A DNA stretch of 64,000 nt. Origin: Callorhinchus milii. Taxonomy: Eukaryota. The stretch is from positions 29,204,001-29,268,000 of the forward strand of contig NW_024704742.1 of assembly GCF_018977255.1 (NCBI RefSeq), given 5' to 3'. Of this stretch, positions 51,930 to 64,000 are shown piece after piece. Every line of letters starts with the position of its first letter. Position 1 is the stretch's first letter. Made by a program: the position numbers and the translations under genes. A model generated the notes under the pieces. That model made no database searches. It was not told where the DNA came from and worked only from the letters and a program-made list of their open reading frames with translations.

Positions 51930-53309
51930 TGTGTTGTGTGCTGTGGTGTGTTGTGTGCTGTGTTGTGTTCTGTGGTGTATTGTGAGCTGTGGTGTGTTGT
52001 GCGCTCTGGTGTGTTGTGCACTGTGGTGTGTTGTGTTCTGTAGTGTGTTGTGAGCTGTGGTGTGTTGTGTGTTGTGAGCTGTTCTGTGCTGTGTGCTGTG
52101 GTGTGTTGTGTGCTGTGGTGTGTTGTGAGCTGTGGTGCGTTGTGAGCTGTGGTGCGTTGTTTTCTGTGGTGTGTTGTGTGCTGTGGTGTGCTGTGTGCTA
52201 TGGTGTGCTGTGTACTGTGGTTTGTTGTGCGCTCTAGTGTGTTGTGCACTGTGGTGTGTTGTGTGTTGTGAGCTGTTCTCAGCTGTGTGCTGTGGTGTGT
52301 TGTGAGCTGTGGTGTGTTGTGCGCTCTGGTGTGTTGTGCACTGCGGTGTATTGTGTTCTGTAGTGTGTTGTGAGCTGTGGTGTGTTGTGTGCTGTTCTGT
52401 CCTGTGTGCTGTTCTGTCCTGTGAGCTGTTGTGTGTTGTGAGCTGTGGTGTGTTGCTTTCTGTGGTGTGTTGTGCGCTGTGGTGTGCTGTGTGCTGTGGT
52501 TTGTTGTGAGCTATGGTGTGTTGTGTGCTGTGGTGTGTTGTGTGCTGTGGTGTGTTGTGAGCTGTGGTGTGTTGTGAGCTGTGGTGTGTTGTGTTCTTTG
52601 GTGTGCTGTGTGATGTGGTGTGTTGTGTGCTGTGGTGTGTTGTGTGCTGTGGTGTGTTGTGTGCTATGGTGTGTTGTGAGCTGTGGTGTGTTGTGAGCTG
52701 TGGTGTGTTGTGTTCTTTGGTGTGCTGTGTGCTGTGGTGTGCTGTGTGATGTGTGCTGTGTGCTGTGGTGTGCTGTGTGCTGTGGTGTGCTGTGTGCTGT
52801 GGTGTGTTGTGTTCTGTGGTGTGCTGTGTTGTGTTCTGTGGTGTGTTGTGTGCTGTGGTGTGTTGTGTGCTGTGGTGTGTTGTGTGCTGTGGTGTGCTGT
52901 GTGCTGTGGTGTGCTGTGTGCTGTGGTGTGTTGTGTGTGTTGTGTGCTGTGGTGTGTTGTGTGCTGTGGTGTGTGCTGTGGTGTGCTGTGTGCTGTGGTG
53001 TGCTGTGTGCTGTGGTGTGTTGTGTGCTGTGGTGTGTTGTGTGCTGTGGTGTGTTGTGAGCTGTGGTGTGCTGTGTGCTGTGGTGTGCTGTGTGATGTGT
53101 GCTGTGTGCTGTGGTGTGCTGTGTGCTGTGGTGTGCTGTGTGCTGTGGTGTGCTGTGTGCTGTGGTGTGCTGTGTGCTGTGGTGTGTTGTGTGCTGTGGC
53201 GTGTTGTGTTCTGTGGTGTGCTGTGTGCTGTGGTGTGTTGTGTGCTGTGGTGTGTTGTGTTCTGTGGTGTGGTGTGTTCTGTGGTGTGTTGTGTTCTTTG
53301 GTGTGCTGT
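51930..53309. repeat. G/T-rich minisatellite, ~17-bp unit (TGTGGTGTGYTGTGWGC)
   Basis: Directly visible; about 1.4 kb, with almost no A on the + strand. Confidence 0.95.
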
Positions 53310-53314
53310 TGAAT

Positions 53315-53690
53315 TGTTAATTCAGTAAGTAGGAACCCAGTTGTTAGTCGATTGGTGGATCTCTTTCCAGGGATAATAATCCCTCCCAACAAAAAAAATT
53401 GGTCACTCATTTCACAACTGTTTGTGGGATACTGCTGTGCACAATTGGCTGTCAAATTTCGCCCACATAGAGAAGATGTGTCAAAATGCTTCATGGTGTT
53501 TTATTGTAAATTTTAGGCAACTATGTCTTTTATAGGCAAAAGTATGCAGCAATTGACATCTGAATCTGCATTAATTACATTTTAATTTTCGCCAACAAAG
53601 TTTAGAGTCAATTCACTTTACAGTATATTCTGTGAAGCACTTTGCGATGTTGCAACAATGTGATAATATCAAATGCGAGGATTATTATTA
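53315..53690 (+). mobile_element. 5'-truncated young SINE (long form), internally interrupted
   Basis: cagtaagtaggaacccagttgttagtcgattgg ... ggattattatt, with an unrelated or inverted segment at about 53468-53605. Confidence 0.8.
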
Positions 53691-54347
53691 ATATTACTTT
53701 AGGATTTTCACTCTCTGAGTAACAGAGATCCAATTCTCCGCTCCCCAGATTTGGCATCACAAGCATTTATTGGGAACACCAAAATCTTAAATATCTTCAT
53801 ATTGTAGCATATGATTATTTTATTTCGGGACCAACCAAATGGGCCGTGATGGCGCTGTACATTCCTTGGATCCCATGAACGGTGAGTTGAGGAGTCGGCT
53901 TCTTTAGGCTGTGATTGTACTGGGAGAATGTAATAATGACACAACTGTGGAGCGCTGTGGCTTTAAGACAGCAAATATTCTCACAGCTTTCCCAAAAGCA
54001 TTTTGCATTTCCATTTAAAAGACTGAGACTGCACAAATGTGATCGTTACATAACCTGTTCCCAAATGGAGCATCACGTTTATTGTTCTTAGACTGACTAT
54101 GTATGGAGTCCTGGATTGTTAACTGGTCCTCGGGGAGCTCTTTTGTACTGTTTAATAGTTCAGAGATGATGGAGTGAGTTAGTCGCTTGTCTCCAGAACA
54201 GAGAAGCTATAGAACAGCTACAATAGTGCTGGATTTTATTTTAGGTCATCCTGGAGGCCATACTCGGAGAGTGAAAATTATCTTTGGGGGCGCTGAGCTG
54301 AGCCACGTTTCACCTCGACATCCATCCTTCACTGAATACTGCAGAGT

Positions 54348-54350
<3 letters not shown>

Positions 54351-54380
<30 letters not shown>
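54351..54380. repeat. (GT)n microsatellite
   Basis: Directly visible. Confidence 0.95.
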
Positions 54381-54381
<1 letters not shown>

Positions 54382-54589
54382 GACACTGGATTCAACTCCT
54401 GCTCACTCAACCCATTGACTGCTGCACTCACTTTACCTCATATCACAGCAGTGCCCCTCTTCAGCCGCAACATCCCATTTGCCCAAACTGGAAGAAAAGT
54501 TGAAGCGGTAGGATACATTTTGGGGGGGCGGCTGAGCCAATTGTGAATTTATCCGATTGAGATGAGCCATGCAGCAACACTGAAGCACA

Positions 54590-54815
54590 CCTGTCCACAG
54601 ATGGCAAAAGCAATGATAGGACCTCAGCTTGACATCTCATCCAAAGGATGGCACCTCCAACAATGAAACACACCCCAGAAATTCAATGGAATGTCAGCCT
54701 GGACTATATGAGTTTAGACTTTGAAAATATCAAAGTCCCAATATGAGACTTGAATTCACTACTTTCTGACTTAGAGGTGAGAGCTAGGTTAATACCAACT
54801 GAGCCAGGCCAATAC
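54590..54815 (-). mobile_element. DeuSINE-type SINE 5' half
   Basis: catctcatccaaaggatggcacctcc ... ccaactgagccaggc. Confidence 0.7.
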
Positions 54816-54844
54816 CTAAATATCATAGAGTCACGATAATTGTG

Positions 54845-55169
54845 GAGTCCTGTAGCTCAGTGGTTAGAGCACTCGCTTTGCAAGTGAGAGACCTGAGTTC
54901 AGTTCCAGGCAGAGGGCGAAACCTTGGGCAAGTTTCCTTACTCCACACAGAGCCTAATAATAATCCCTCCAAAACCAAAAACAATAATAAATTGTCATTT
55001 TCAATCTACGACTGTTTGTGGGACATTGCTGTGCGCAATTGGCTGCCGCGTTCGCCCACAAATATACAGTCAATTCACTTTACAGTGTGTTCTGTGAAGC
55101 ACTTTGGGACGTCCTCCCGACGTGAAAAGCGCTATATCAAATGCAAGGATTATTATTATTATTATTATT
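54845..55169 (+). mobile_element. Full-length young tRNA(Ala-like)-derived SINE (short form)
   Basis: gagtcctgtagctcagtggttagagcactcgctttgcaagtgagagacctgagttcagttcc head (TGC anticodon loop); (ATT)n tail. Confidence 0.92.
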
Positions 55170-55899
55170 TACATGCAATATACACAAAGGTAATAACACA
55201 TGGAAAACCCATCACCATGCTTAAGAATATCTAAACCAAACTGAGAATTCCAATCATCCCACCAACACATGGAAATTTCAGAGTTAGTTAGTTGGAATCT
55301 GTGTGTACCTGCTGTAATTGCTGAGAAGCTTCCAAAAGACATTGCGTTTACAACAGCACTCAATTCAAAGTAAATGACAAAGTGACGTTCGCAAACAGAT
55401 CCATTACGTAACTGGTGTAATCCTCTCAGAGAATTCACTTCAAAAGAACTGTTTGTCATAAATAACGCTACTTAACTGATGGAATCAATTAGATGCTTAC
55501 CCTTTGCACTTTCCAATGATAAAGAGATTGAAAGTGAGAATAGGCCCCAACAGACTTGTGAATATCAATTCCTTGGAACTAATCATATTAATAATAATAA
55601 TAATCCTTGCATTTGATATAGCGCCTTATCATGTCTTCGATATGTCTCAAAGCGCTTCACAGAATATACTATAAAGTGTATTTACTGTGTATTTTGTGGG
55701 CGATTTGACTTATAGTATGGGAAATCATAATCCAGAAGGAGGCCATTCGGTCAACCAAGCTATGTTGGGCAAACTGCACTACTGGAACCATTTTCTCTTA
55801 TCCCAGTTCCTTCTCTTTTCTTGGTATCATTTTATTTTTTTTGCCCCTAATATTTCGGGAATGCTGGCTCCCAAGATGCTGGAATGCCAATCACTTCAC

Positions 55900-56332
55900 T
55901 GACTTTACATTGGCTTCCTATACTTCAGAGGATCCAGTTTAAGATCCTGGCCTCTATGGCCTCGCCTCACCCTACCTCTGCAAACTCCTATCTCCCTACC
56001 AACCCGCCCGCTCCCTCCGCTCAGCCGGCTCTGGCCTGCTCCACATCCCCCGACCCACCTGGCCCACCATTAGTGGGAAAGCCTCCAGCCACTCTGCTCC
56101 CAACCTCTGGAATTCCATCCCCCAATCACTCCGCCTCGCCCCCTCCTTAGCCTCCTTCAAGTCCCGCCTCAAAATCCCCCTCTTCAACCATGCCATCGGT
56201 CATCCCCCTTCCCCTCCACTTCCTTCTCTCCCCCTGACCCCAGCTCGGATCTGAAATGCTGTACACTGTCCAGCATCTTGGGACGTCCTCCCGACGTTCA
56301 CGCTATACAAATGTAATCTTGTCGTTGTTGTT
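55900..56332 (+). mobile_element. L2 3' fragment
   Basis: LHWLPILQRIQFKIL; ends ctatacaaatgtaatcttgtcgttgttg. Confidence 0.88.
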
Positions 56333-59289
56333 TAAGGACATTTCAACTTCTTTTTCTTTCTGGAACAAAGGAAAACGTCATCTGGAAGCAGCAATGTCTG
56401 TGTGGCTTGGTTTAGATTTGCCCACCCGCAGTTTGTTCTGGCACTGAAACATCAGTCTTAATGATGTGCTTTTACAGCAACTGCAACCTTCACCTTGCAC
56501 TGCCAGACTCAATAACACTGGAGGTGGTAACATTTCAGGTGACATTAAGGGAGGATCCCAAGAGAGATGGCTGAGACATTAGTCTCATTCACTGCTTTGC
56601 ACTTCTGGAAACCTGTGAACGTGCAAGCCAAAGGAAAGTGTGAAGTATTCAGTTTTCCTGCACTGTTCTGACCTCAAGCAGATAAGAAATATCTCAGGAA
56701 TTTCCATGTGTAGGTGGGGATGAATGGAATTCCCAGATTGGTTTGGATCCTCTTAAGCATGGTGATGGTTTTCTGAATGTGTCATAAAAAAAAGAAGCAA
56801 TTGGGATAAATCACACGCTTTTAAATTATGGATGTACATGTGACTAATAATTGGTTATAGTGTGTGAAATGAACAGTGCCCCTCAAGTGGGAGGAAAATA
56901 ATACAGACGACAACAAAAGAAATCCATGGAATGAAAAATGCAATGTTTCAGAGCAGATTCAATGTGATAAACATGGAATCTACTGTGAAACATTGCAGTG
57001 TCATCACCACCCCCCCCCCACACACACACACAAGATCACACACACAATCTATTCCAGTGCTAATGGCTAGTATAAGTTCTAGTCATTAATACAGAAAATC
57101 AACAGTGATATTGTGTAGATATGGATACTCAGACAGTGCAATTAGGGATAAGGTAGACTGCAGTAGGATGTCTGACAGATTTTTCCAACTACCTCTGCAT
57201 TTGTTGGTATCAGATAGGTATAAGCTCCTAAACTGGTTTTCATTTTTATAGGTTGGCCAGAAGCACAAAGTGGTTCTCTTTCCAAATCAGGTTGTGGACA
57301 GCATCTAAACTATCAAAGCACCATGTATCTAATCATTTGGACCCACGGTAATGTGCAATTTGGCTGAGATTTGGATGAGAATAAAGTGCAAATAGATAGG
57401 TAGAGGAGCTGAAAGTGAGAGAATAGGACGAGTAGATTAAAATGAGGACAGCCATCTGAAACAGGGGTTAAATGCTGATGTAGAAAATAGCACCGGGAAA
57501 CTTGGAATTATTTCAGGCATACAAAATTGTGCCTTTAAGCAAGCACAAGAAATTCCTCGTACCGTCTTGGCACATATTTGGCTTACGAAGGAAACTTTTA
57601 ATATGCATCACATCAAGAACAGTCAGAAACATTTGCACTCAGCATACAGTTCAATGACAGAAGTTCAAGCAGAAAGGTCATAATGTAAGAAAAGCAGGGT
57701 ATCTACATGTAATGCAGGTGGAACGTGAAAGTCCCATCAAGGTCACTGCCAAGCACCATGACATCTGACTTCTGATAGTGTTTGTAGTCCACATGGGTGC
57801 AGTTTCCTATTTTCTTTCACAATTTCACTATATGATATTTTCATGCATATTCCAAGCAACTGCACTTAGGGCAAATAAAACTGTGAAAGTTGTAAGTGAG
57901 ATCTTCTCAGAGGCTACATCTTCCATGTTTGATGTGACTCACAGGGTTTTCACTGGACAAAAAAACAAAAAGCTGCCAGTTTACAATGTGGCAGCTTTTT
58001 CCCCCAATATTACATTTCGATTGTGCCATTCAAGCACGACAGTATAAATAGTACCCATGACACACTGATGAAATTATGTGATATTGACATGTTCATGACA
58101 GCACTTTCTTCTATCTGCCACATGCACAAGGTTATTGAAGGGCATTTTGGTTGCTCTGATTTGCCCAGTTAACAAGTACGATTTCATTGGCATATTGTCT
58201 TTTTAGTTTAACTCAAGGATTCACTTATGCGTTATAAAGAAAGAACTCTCATGGTTATAACATCTTTCGTGTCAAAACATCTCAAATTGCTTTGCAGGTA
58301 TTTTCTGTCAAGTGTAGTTTTCATTGGCAAACGTGACAGCCATTTGCACCAGCCAAGGTCCCACGAACAGCCATGAGGTGAACGATTAATTTATCGGCGG
58401 GGGGTGGGGGGGGGGGTTGCAGAGCAGAGAAACTCCCTTCTGTTTTCAAATAGGGTCAAGGGGATCTTTAACATCCATTAAACAAATATATAGTAACCAT
58501 CACTCCTCACACAAACATGCCAGCCCTTAGCTTTGACCTCCCTCCCCACCCAGATGCGCTGGATCAGGGCTTATTTGTGATTATCTAAAGTACAGAATTT
58601 CAACAGACTGTATTAGTCACAGATCATTTGGTTCACGTACTCACCCCACATGCCAAAAAAGCTGCTTATTTTTACAATTTTCGCAGTCTTTGTATTTCCA
58701 CCAACATTCTTACATCCCGTCATGCTGAGGAAATCCCAAGATTGCTGATAGTTCCCAGTTTTCGCCATGTGTCTTTTATTATCATGTGTTACTCTGCAAA
58801 TGTAAACAATCCAGCCTCATAAAAACATCAATTAACGGACAAGAAAAAAGCTATTCAGAGCATTGAGTCCTTACTCACTCAAGTGTTCAGGTAACCAGGG
58901 TTCTCAGCACTCACCTCAAAACAGACCAAAAAAGCACAGAAATAAATCACACGCTTTCAATCGTGTGACAAATAATATTCAACCTCAATTCAGATTGAAT
59001 GCGTCTGTGCTCCAGCTCATCAAAAATAAAGTTAACAATAATCCTTGTATTTGATATAGCTCCTTATCACCTTATTAAAGAATACTTCAGAGGCTTTACA
59101 ACACGACTGAAAACATGCAGTAAAGTGTAGTTACTGTGTATTGTGTTGGCAAATGCAGCAGCCAATTAGCACACATCAATGTCCCACAAACAGCCATGAA
59201 GTGAATGATCAATTTTATCTGGGCAATTGTTGCCCAATATATCAAGAAAAACTTTCTTTTTTAAAATAGCACCACATATGTATGCCACC

Positions 59290-59750
59290 TTCCCATAGAA
59301 ATGTCCCTGTGTTGGGAATGGAATGAGCATTCTCTCCCTGAAGGGACACATTCTATTCACCTAATTCTGGAGAGTATTAGGCATAGGTTGGCAAAAGCCA
59401 AGAGTTGGGGACCCTGACTGTGTGCATTAGTGACCACTGGAGTTCAACCAGCTAAAACTGCATAGCTTCCCATTGAAGGCACAATCTGGTGAGCTTCCTG
59501 TTGCTTATCCAGTCAGGACCACCCCATCAGGGCATCAGATTTCATGGTTAACAGGAGCTGAGTGGAAAGAATTACTGCTCCCAGTGACTGTTCTGCCCCT
59601 CCATGTCCTGCTGCCAAGCCAGGCAGACTAGTCTCTCATCAAGAGTACTGTGGACCCGCTTGGCTCAAGAACCAGACTAGTGATACCACCACTCAATTCC
59701 AACATTCTGATGCCAAGCATGTTGCCTTGTTGCCAGCTCCACATAGAGCC
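59290..59750. repeat. Repeat family X copy
   Basis: Colinear with 11930-12120 and with the reverse complement of 3878-4350. Confidence 0.7.
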
Positions 59751-60371
59751 AGTTTCCCACTGCCCCCCACGCCTGAGAGGTAAAGTGTGCCTCCCTCCAG
59801 GAAATCCCATATATGTCACCTTTCCCTTGTGGTGTCCTTGTGGTCTGCTTCAGCCACCCAAAACTTGGACGACCTGTGTTACTGAGGCAGCTGTGATATG
59901 GTCATGGCACCACATTTGATTCATCAGAACAAGAATGGAGAATGCATGGCCACATCCTGGGAATTGGGAATTACTGATGTGAAAAAGGAGGATGGCACAA
60001 ATTACCATTAGCAATTAAGTACTGCTATAATTACAAATATTTTAAGCAAGTGCTATGGAGGTGGAGTGCTGGCAGGCTCCTCAGGCTCCCCATGGATATG
60101 ACTCACTGGTATAAACCAGTCCAAGTGTAGTGCTTAATTCAGCAATCACATCTCTCAAATGTACTCTTCTAAGGTTGGAGGTTAACGTACATCACAGAAA
60201 CAGAGTGAAAAATGTTCCAATCCCAAAGTTGTTAGCACTTGCCTCAGAGAACTGAGGAAGCATAATCCTTTCATCTATCAATTCATACTACACGTATCAC
60301 ACATCAATCCTCTCAAACCTCTGGATGGGAGGAAATGTTTGCATCCAGTGAAAGCTGTACTGTGACTCTTA

Positions 60372-60900
60372 GGTGTCAGCCTGGCTCAGTTGGCAGCACT
60401 CTCGCCTCTGAGTCAGCTGGTTGTGGGTTCGAGCTTAACATTGGGCCTTTGAACTCAGATAATTCAGGTTTATACACTCCAACAACAGCAACTTGAATTT
60501 ATATAATGCTCTTCACATGGGGTAGCGTCCCGGAACTCCAATGCAGTGCTGGGAGAGAGCTGTATCTTCAGAGGTGCTGTCCTTTGGATAAGACATTAAT
60601 GCACTCCAAGATGTTATCCTATGTGAAGTGCGCTCTATAAAGACAAGTTGTTGTTGTTAAAGCAAGGTCCCATCTGCCTCTTCAGATGGACATTAAAGAT
60701 CCTATGGGCGAATTCAGAAAGAAAAGGGAGTTTCTCCCAGTGTCCTGGCCAACAATCTCCTCAATAAAATTGGACATTCATTTCATAGCTGTTTGTGAGC
60801 TATTGTGCCAAATTGGTTCCTGCATTCATTTCTGAAACATACAGTCACCATGCTTTACAGCAAATGTTGTGACTCATTTTGATTTCCTCCTGATGCAAAA
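60372..60900 (+). mobile_element. Full-length DeuSINE-type SINE with two short L2-tail inserts
   Basis: ggtgtcagcctggctcagttggcagcactctcgcctctgagtcag head and Deu core; inserts at about 60481-60540 and 60601-60660. Confidence 0.85.
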
Positions 60901-61253
60901 GTACCTGTTGTCCAATCTCTGCAAGTCCAATGGCAGACTGGAAGGGGTGGACAGGGCTCAAAACATTGAGTAATAATATGAAATGATCACTGGCTCTCTT
61001 TGGCCTCTCTTCCCCACCATCCTCACCCTATAACAACACATGACGGGGCACTAGGAACTAACATAAGCTTTTAAATGGGATTGAGAAAATAAACTTTTCA
61101 ATGCACTGAGGCAACAGAACAAGAGGAACAATTTCAAGGTTGCAAAGGGAAATTTCAGGACAGACACCAGGAAGTATTTCTTTACTCAGTGGGTAATTAA
61201 CAACTGGAACAGGTTACCAGGAAGGGTGGTCGAGACTAATTTAATAAAACAGG

Positions 61254-61501
61254 TTAATAATAATAATAATAATCCTTGCATTTGATATAGCGCTTTTCAC
61301 GTCTTCTAGACATCTCAAAGCGCTTCACAGAATATACTGTAAAGTGAATTGACTGTATATTTGTGGGCAAAACGTGGCAGCCAATTGTGCACAGCAGTGT
61401 CCTACAAACAGTCGTGGATTGAAGCAACCTATTTATTATTGTTTTTTTTCTTGAGGGATTATTATCAGACACGTGGAGTAAGGAAACTTGCCCAAGGTTT
61501 C
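61254..61501 (-). mobile_element. Young SINE (short form), 5'-truncated
   Basis: Reverse complement of the body and tail of the copy at 54845-55169. Confidence 0.9.
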
Positions 61502-62119
61502 ATCCTGATATGCTATAGTTATGAACAATTTTAAAAAATCAGCAAAATAGTAGGAAGCGTTATACTGCCAGTGATTGTCCTCACAGGGTATTCTGTCTGT
61601 TGGGTTCACACATGAAAAACTGTCACGAGTTAGGTAGCAGTAAATGGTTAGAGTCCTAGCCATTATAGCCAAGTTTGAGTCAGCACCTTCATGACACAAG
61701 GAAAGGCAGCACATCCACTTACAATGACTATCCTCCAAAGGTCCAATGTTGGTAGGTTAGTTATTCTAGAAGGATGAGATCAAATTGGGTGAATCCGAAT
61801 CTCTCTATTATAACTACAAGTCACCAGATTCATATTCCACTATTTCACTGAGTTGAATGTTTTTTCTTGTGCAAACAGCAGTACCCTGATGGGAAGCTGC
61901 TGAGTCTCTGAGAGCAGTGAACAGTGTATATTCAGTATTCCCATTGGGACCCTGATTTATCCTTACGTCTGCAGGACTTTCTGTCTATTCGCAATTTTAG
62001 CATTAAGCAATCCCTTTAGTTAAACTAAATGAGGGGCCACTATATTCCTATATTTTTAATAGAGGACATTTATTATTGGAACTGAGCCATAAACTGGGGG
62101 TGGAAGTTGTGCTTTTTTT

Positions 62120-62205
62120 TGCGCTTTTCAAAGAGCCGGCGCAAACTCGATGGGCCGAATGGCCTTTTTTTGTGCTGTATGGTTCTATGATTCTATGATT
62201 CTATG
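62120..62205 (+). mobile_element. CR1-type 3' terminus
   Basis: aaagagccggc..gatgggccgaatggcct..(attctatg)n. Confidence 0.85.
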
Positions 62206-63047
62206 TATGTGGACTGCTGTGCATGTTTAGTGTGAGTGTAATGCATATGCATGTGTAAGTCTATGTATAGGAGTATATGAGTTGTGTATAATTATGTTTA
62301 CATGTGTGAATATGCATGTATGTTTATGTTTCTGATCCATGTATGTGCAAAACATAGATTAGACCCATGTTTGTGCATGGGTGTAATCTATGGATGTGCT
62401 GTGTGTGCATGTTGTAAGTGGGAATGCATGTTGGAATTGTGTGCATACATATGTTTCTCCAATTAAAAGTGCTATTACAGAGCTCAGATGTTTTTAATTT
62501 CATGTCAGACTCCAAAGAAGTCAGATTAATGGCATAAAGTTTCACCCAACTGCTCTAAGGCACTAAGTTTCCTGTATCTTTGCATTACTATATTACCTAT
62601 CATAATAATTAAGCAGAGTTCTGGATGTTCTGCAGCTTGTGGAGGGAAAAGTTGGGGAGACCGGCAAGGAGGGAGTTTCCGTAGTCGAGCCTTGAGGGGA
62701 CAAATGCAGGTATGAGGGTTTAGATCGTACCTAGAATAAATATTTTTGATGTTCCCTTGTTTCAGGCAGTCGCTAATCCATCGTCAGAAGAACTAATTCC
62801 CACTTTGCAACGTAAAGCTGCCTTTCTTTCACCTTCAGTTCTGAACAAATACTATTATTACCAAGCACCAGCAAATGCCAACAACTTGAAAATCAAGCTG
62901 AATTTTAGTAAATTACCCAACATCACCTGCACATTAATAACTGTAATAAGTCATATTCACACAAATGACAAGCTGTTCTATTAAATGCCTTGTTGGGAGA
63001 GTGCTAGTTTTAATCATAGTCATGCTGCAGAATTTCAGTAAGGTCTC

Positions 63048-63066
63048 CACTGCCATCTACTGGGAC
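63048..63066 (-). promoter_or_regulatory. CTCF-like binding motif
   Basis: Minus strand reads GTCCCAGTAGATGGCAGTG, fitting the CTCF core. Confidence 0.4.
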
Positions 63067-63579
63067 TTTCCTCCCATTTGCTTTCGTACATAGCCAAATG
63101 GCCAGGAAAAATTGGAGGGGTTACTTGTCGTGACAATACGTTAATGCGAATGGGTGTAAAGAGTAAATGAGGAGGGAGGAGAGTCAGGAGAATTGTTAAG
63201 AGCCTGCTGCTATCATACTTATTTTCTTAGCTCCTCAGCTCTTTCCCATGTCACCCCAACCCATCACCAACACTAGCTGGGGAGCTCAATCAGCCATCAA
63301 TGCCCTCCCAATAAATAAAAATAACCTTTAGATTTGATATGGCACGTTTCACCTCGGGAGGATATCTCAAAGCGCTTCACAGGATTTGCTGTAAAGTGGA
63401 GTGACTTGGGACATCCTCCTGACGTGAAAGGCACTCTATAAATGTAAGTTTGTTATTGTTGTTGACTGTATGTTTTGTGGGTGAATGTAAAATATAATTG
63501 CAAATTGTTTTTATTTAAGGTGGATGTTAAGGGACATCTACCCACTTGATGTTACAGGATTACTGTGCTCCTCGGGGAG

Positions 63580-64000
63580 GGGCTCCTTGAAGCTGAAGTG
63601 GCTCCACGGTGATGTGCTTGGAAACAGAATGTCAGAATCGAGTCAACCCACTTTGGGTAGTCCAGTTCCTGAGCTAAATTGGCCCGCAGTACTCCAGGGC
63701 ACTGCTGAAAACAGAGACTATCAAGGTTCATTGGCAGGACTTCCTACTTGACTTCAGTTAATCTGCAAGCCAAAGCCCTAATAAGTAGGGTGGGTCTAGC
63801 TCATCAGAGGGGATACTTGCCAGAAGTGCTCTCCAGAGCAAACAATGCGGTTTTAGCTGGTTAAACTCTAGCAGTACCCCAAGGCACAATTTAGGGTCCC
63901 CAAGCTTGTGCTCTTGCCAGTCCATGCTTATTGCTCTTGTTTTAAGTAAGGGTGGACCCTCCAGGGAGAGAGTGCACATTTCATTCCAGATACAGAGAAA
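63580..64000. repeat. Repeat family X copy (runs off the window end)
   Basis: Colinear with 3878-4350. Confidence 0.65.

Noticed and set aside
51930..53309. CRISPR-like array
   Set aside because: No unique spacers, eukaryotic context, and no cas genes.
51779..53494. Long Cys/Val-rich and His/Thr-rich ORFs (up to 276 aa)
   Set aside because: They are by-products of an A-poor minisatellite that cannot easily form stop codons; they are open in many frames.
54845..54915. tRNA-Ala-like gene (also at 8000, 22795 and 41451)
   Set aside because: No proper acceptor stem, and it always continues into a SINE body and (ATT)n tail.
58870..58950. Possible recursive splice site on the minus strand (polypyrimidine tract, then gagGTGAGT)
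   Set aside because: The acceptor would be GAG rather than YAG; insufficient support.
62205..62455. ORFs in TG-rich sequence
   Set aside because: Degenerate (TG/TA)n low-complexity DNA following a CR1 tail.

Overview
A 64-kb, AT-rich, CpG-poor stretch of eukaryotic intronic or intergenic DNA. I could not recognise any intact protein-coding gene. The repeat content (DeuSINE-type SINEs, a young tRNA-derived SINE with an (ATT)n tail, and L2, CR1 and Tx1 LINE debris) points to a cartilaginous fish, possibly a chimaera; that assignment is inference. Recognisable coding remnants are an intronless, disabled class I GLUT (SLC2A) fragment (~26.1-26.4 kb, minus), a degraded LTR-retroelement/retroviral-type integrase (~48.2-49.1 kb), a Tx1-type ORF2 C-terminus (~8.3 kb) and many L2/CR1 ORF2 pieces. 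The most unusual structures are: a perfect 30-bp foldback that has replaced the D-arm of a SINE tRNA head, directly adjoining an inverted duplicate of a CR1+L2 composite; a three-layer SINE/Tx1/L2 nest; recurrent very short L2-tail insertions with target-site duplications; an unclassified repeat family with about 7 copies, including a 270-bp foldback copy; a 1.4-kb G/T-rich minisatellite; two CTCF-like motifs; and several weak minus-strand exon candidates. I see no convincing novel gene system. Repeat boundaries were read by eye and are approximate, and family names come from remembered consensus features, not from database searches.
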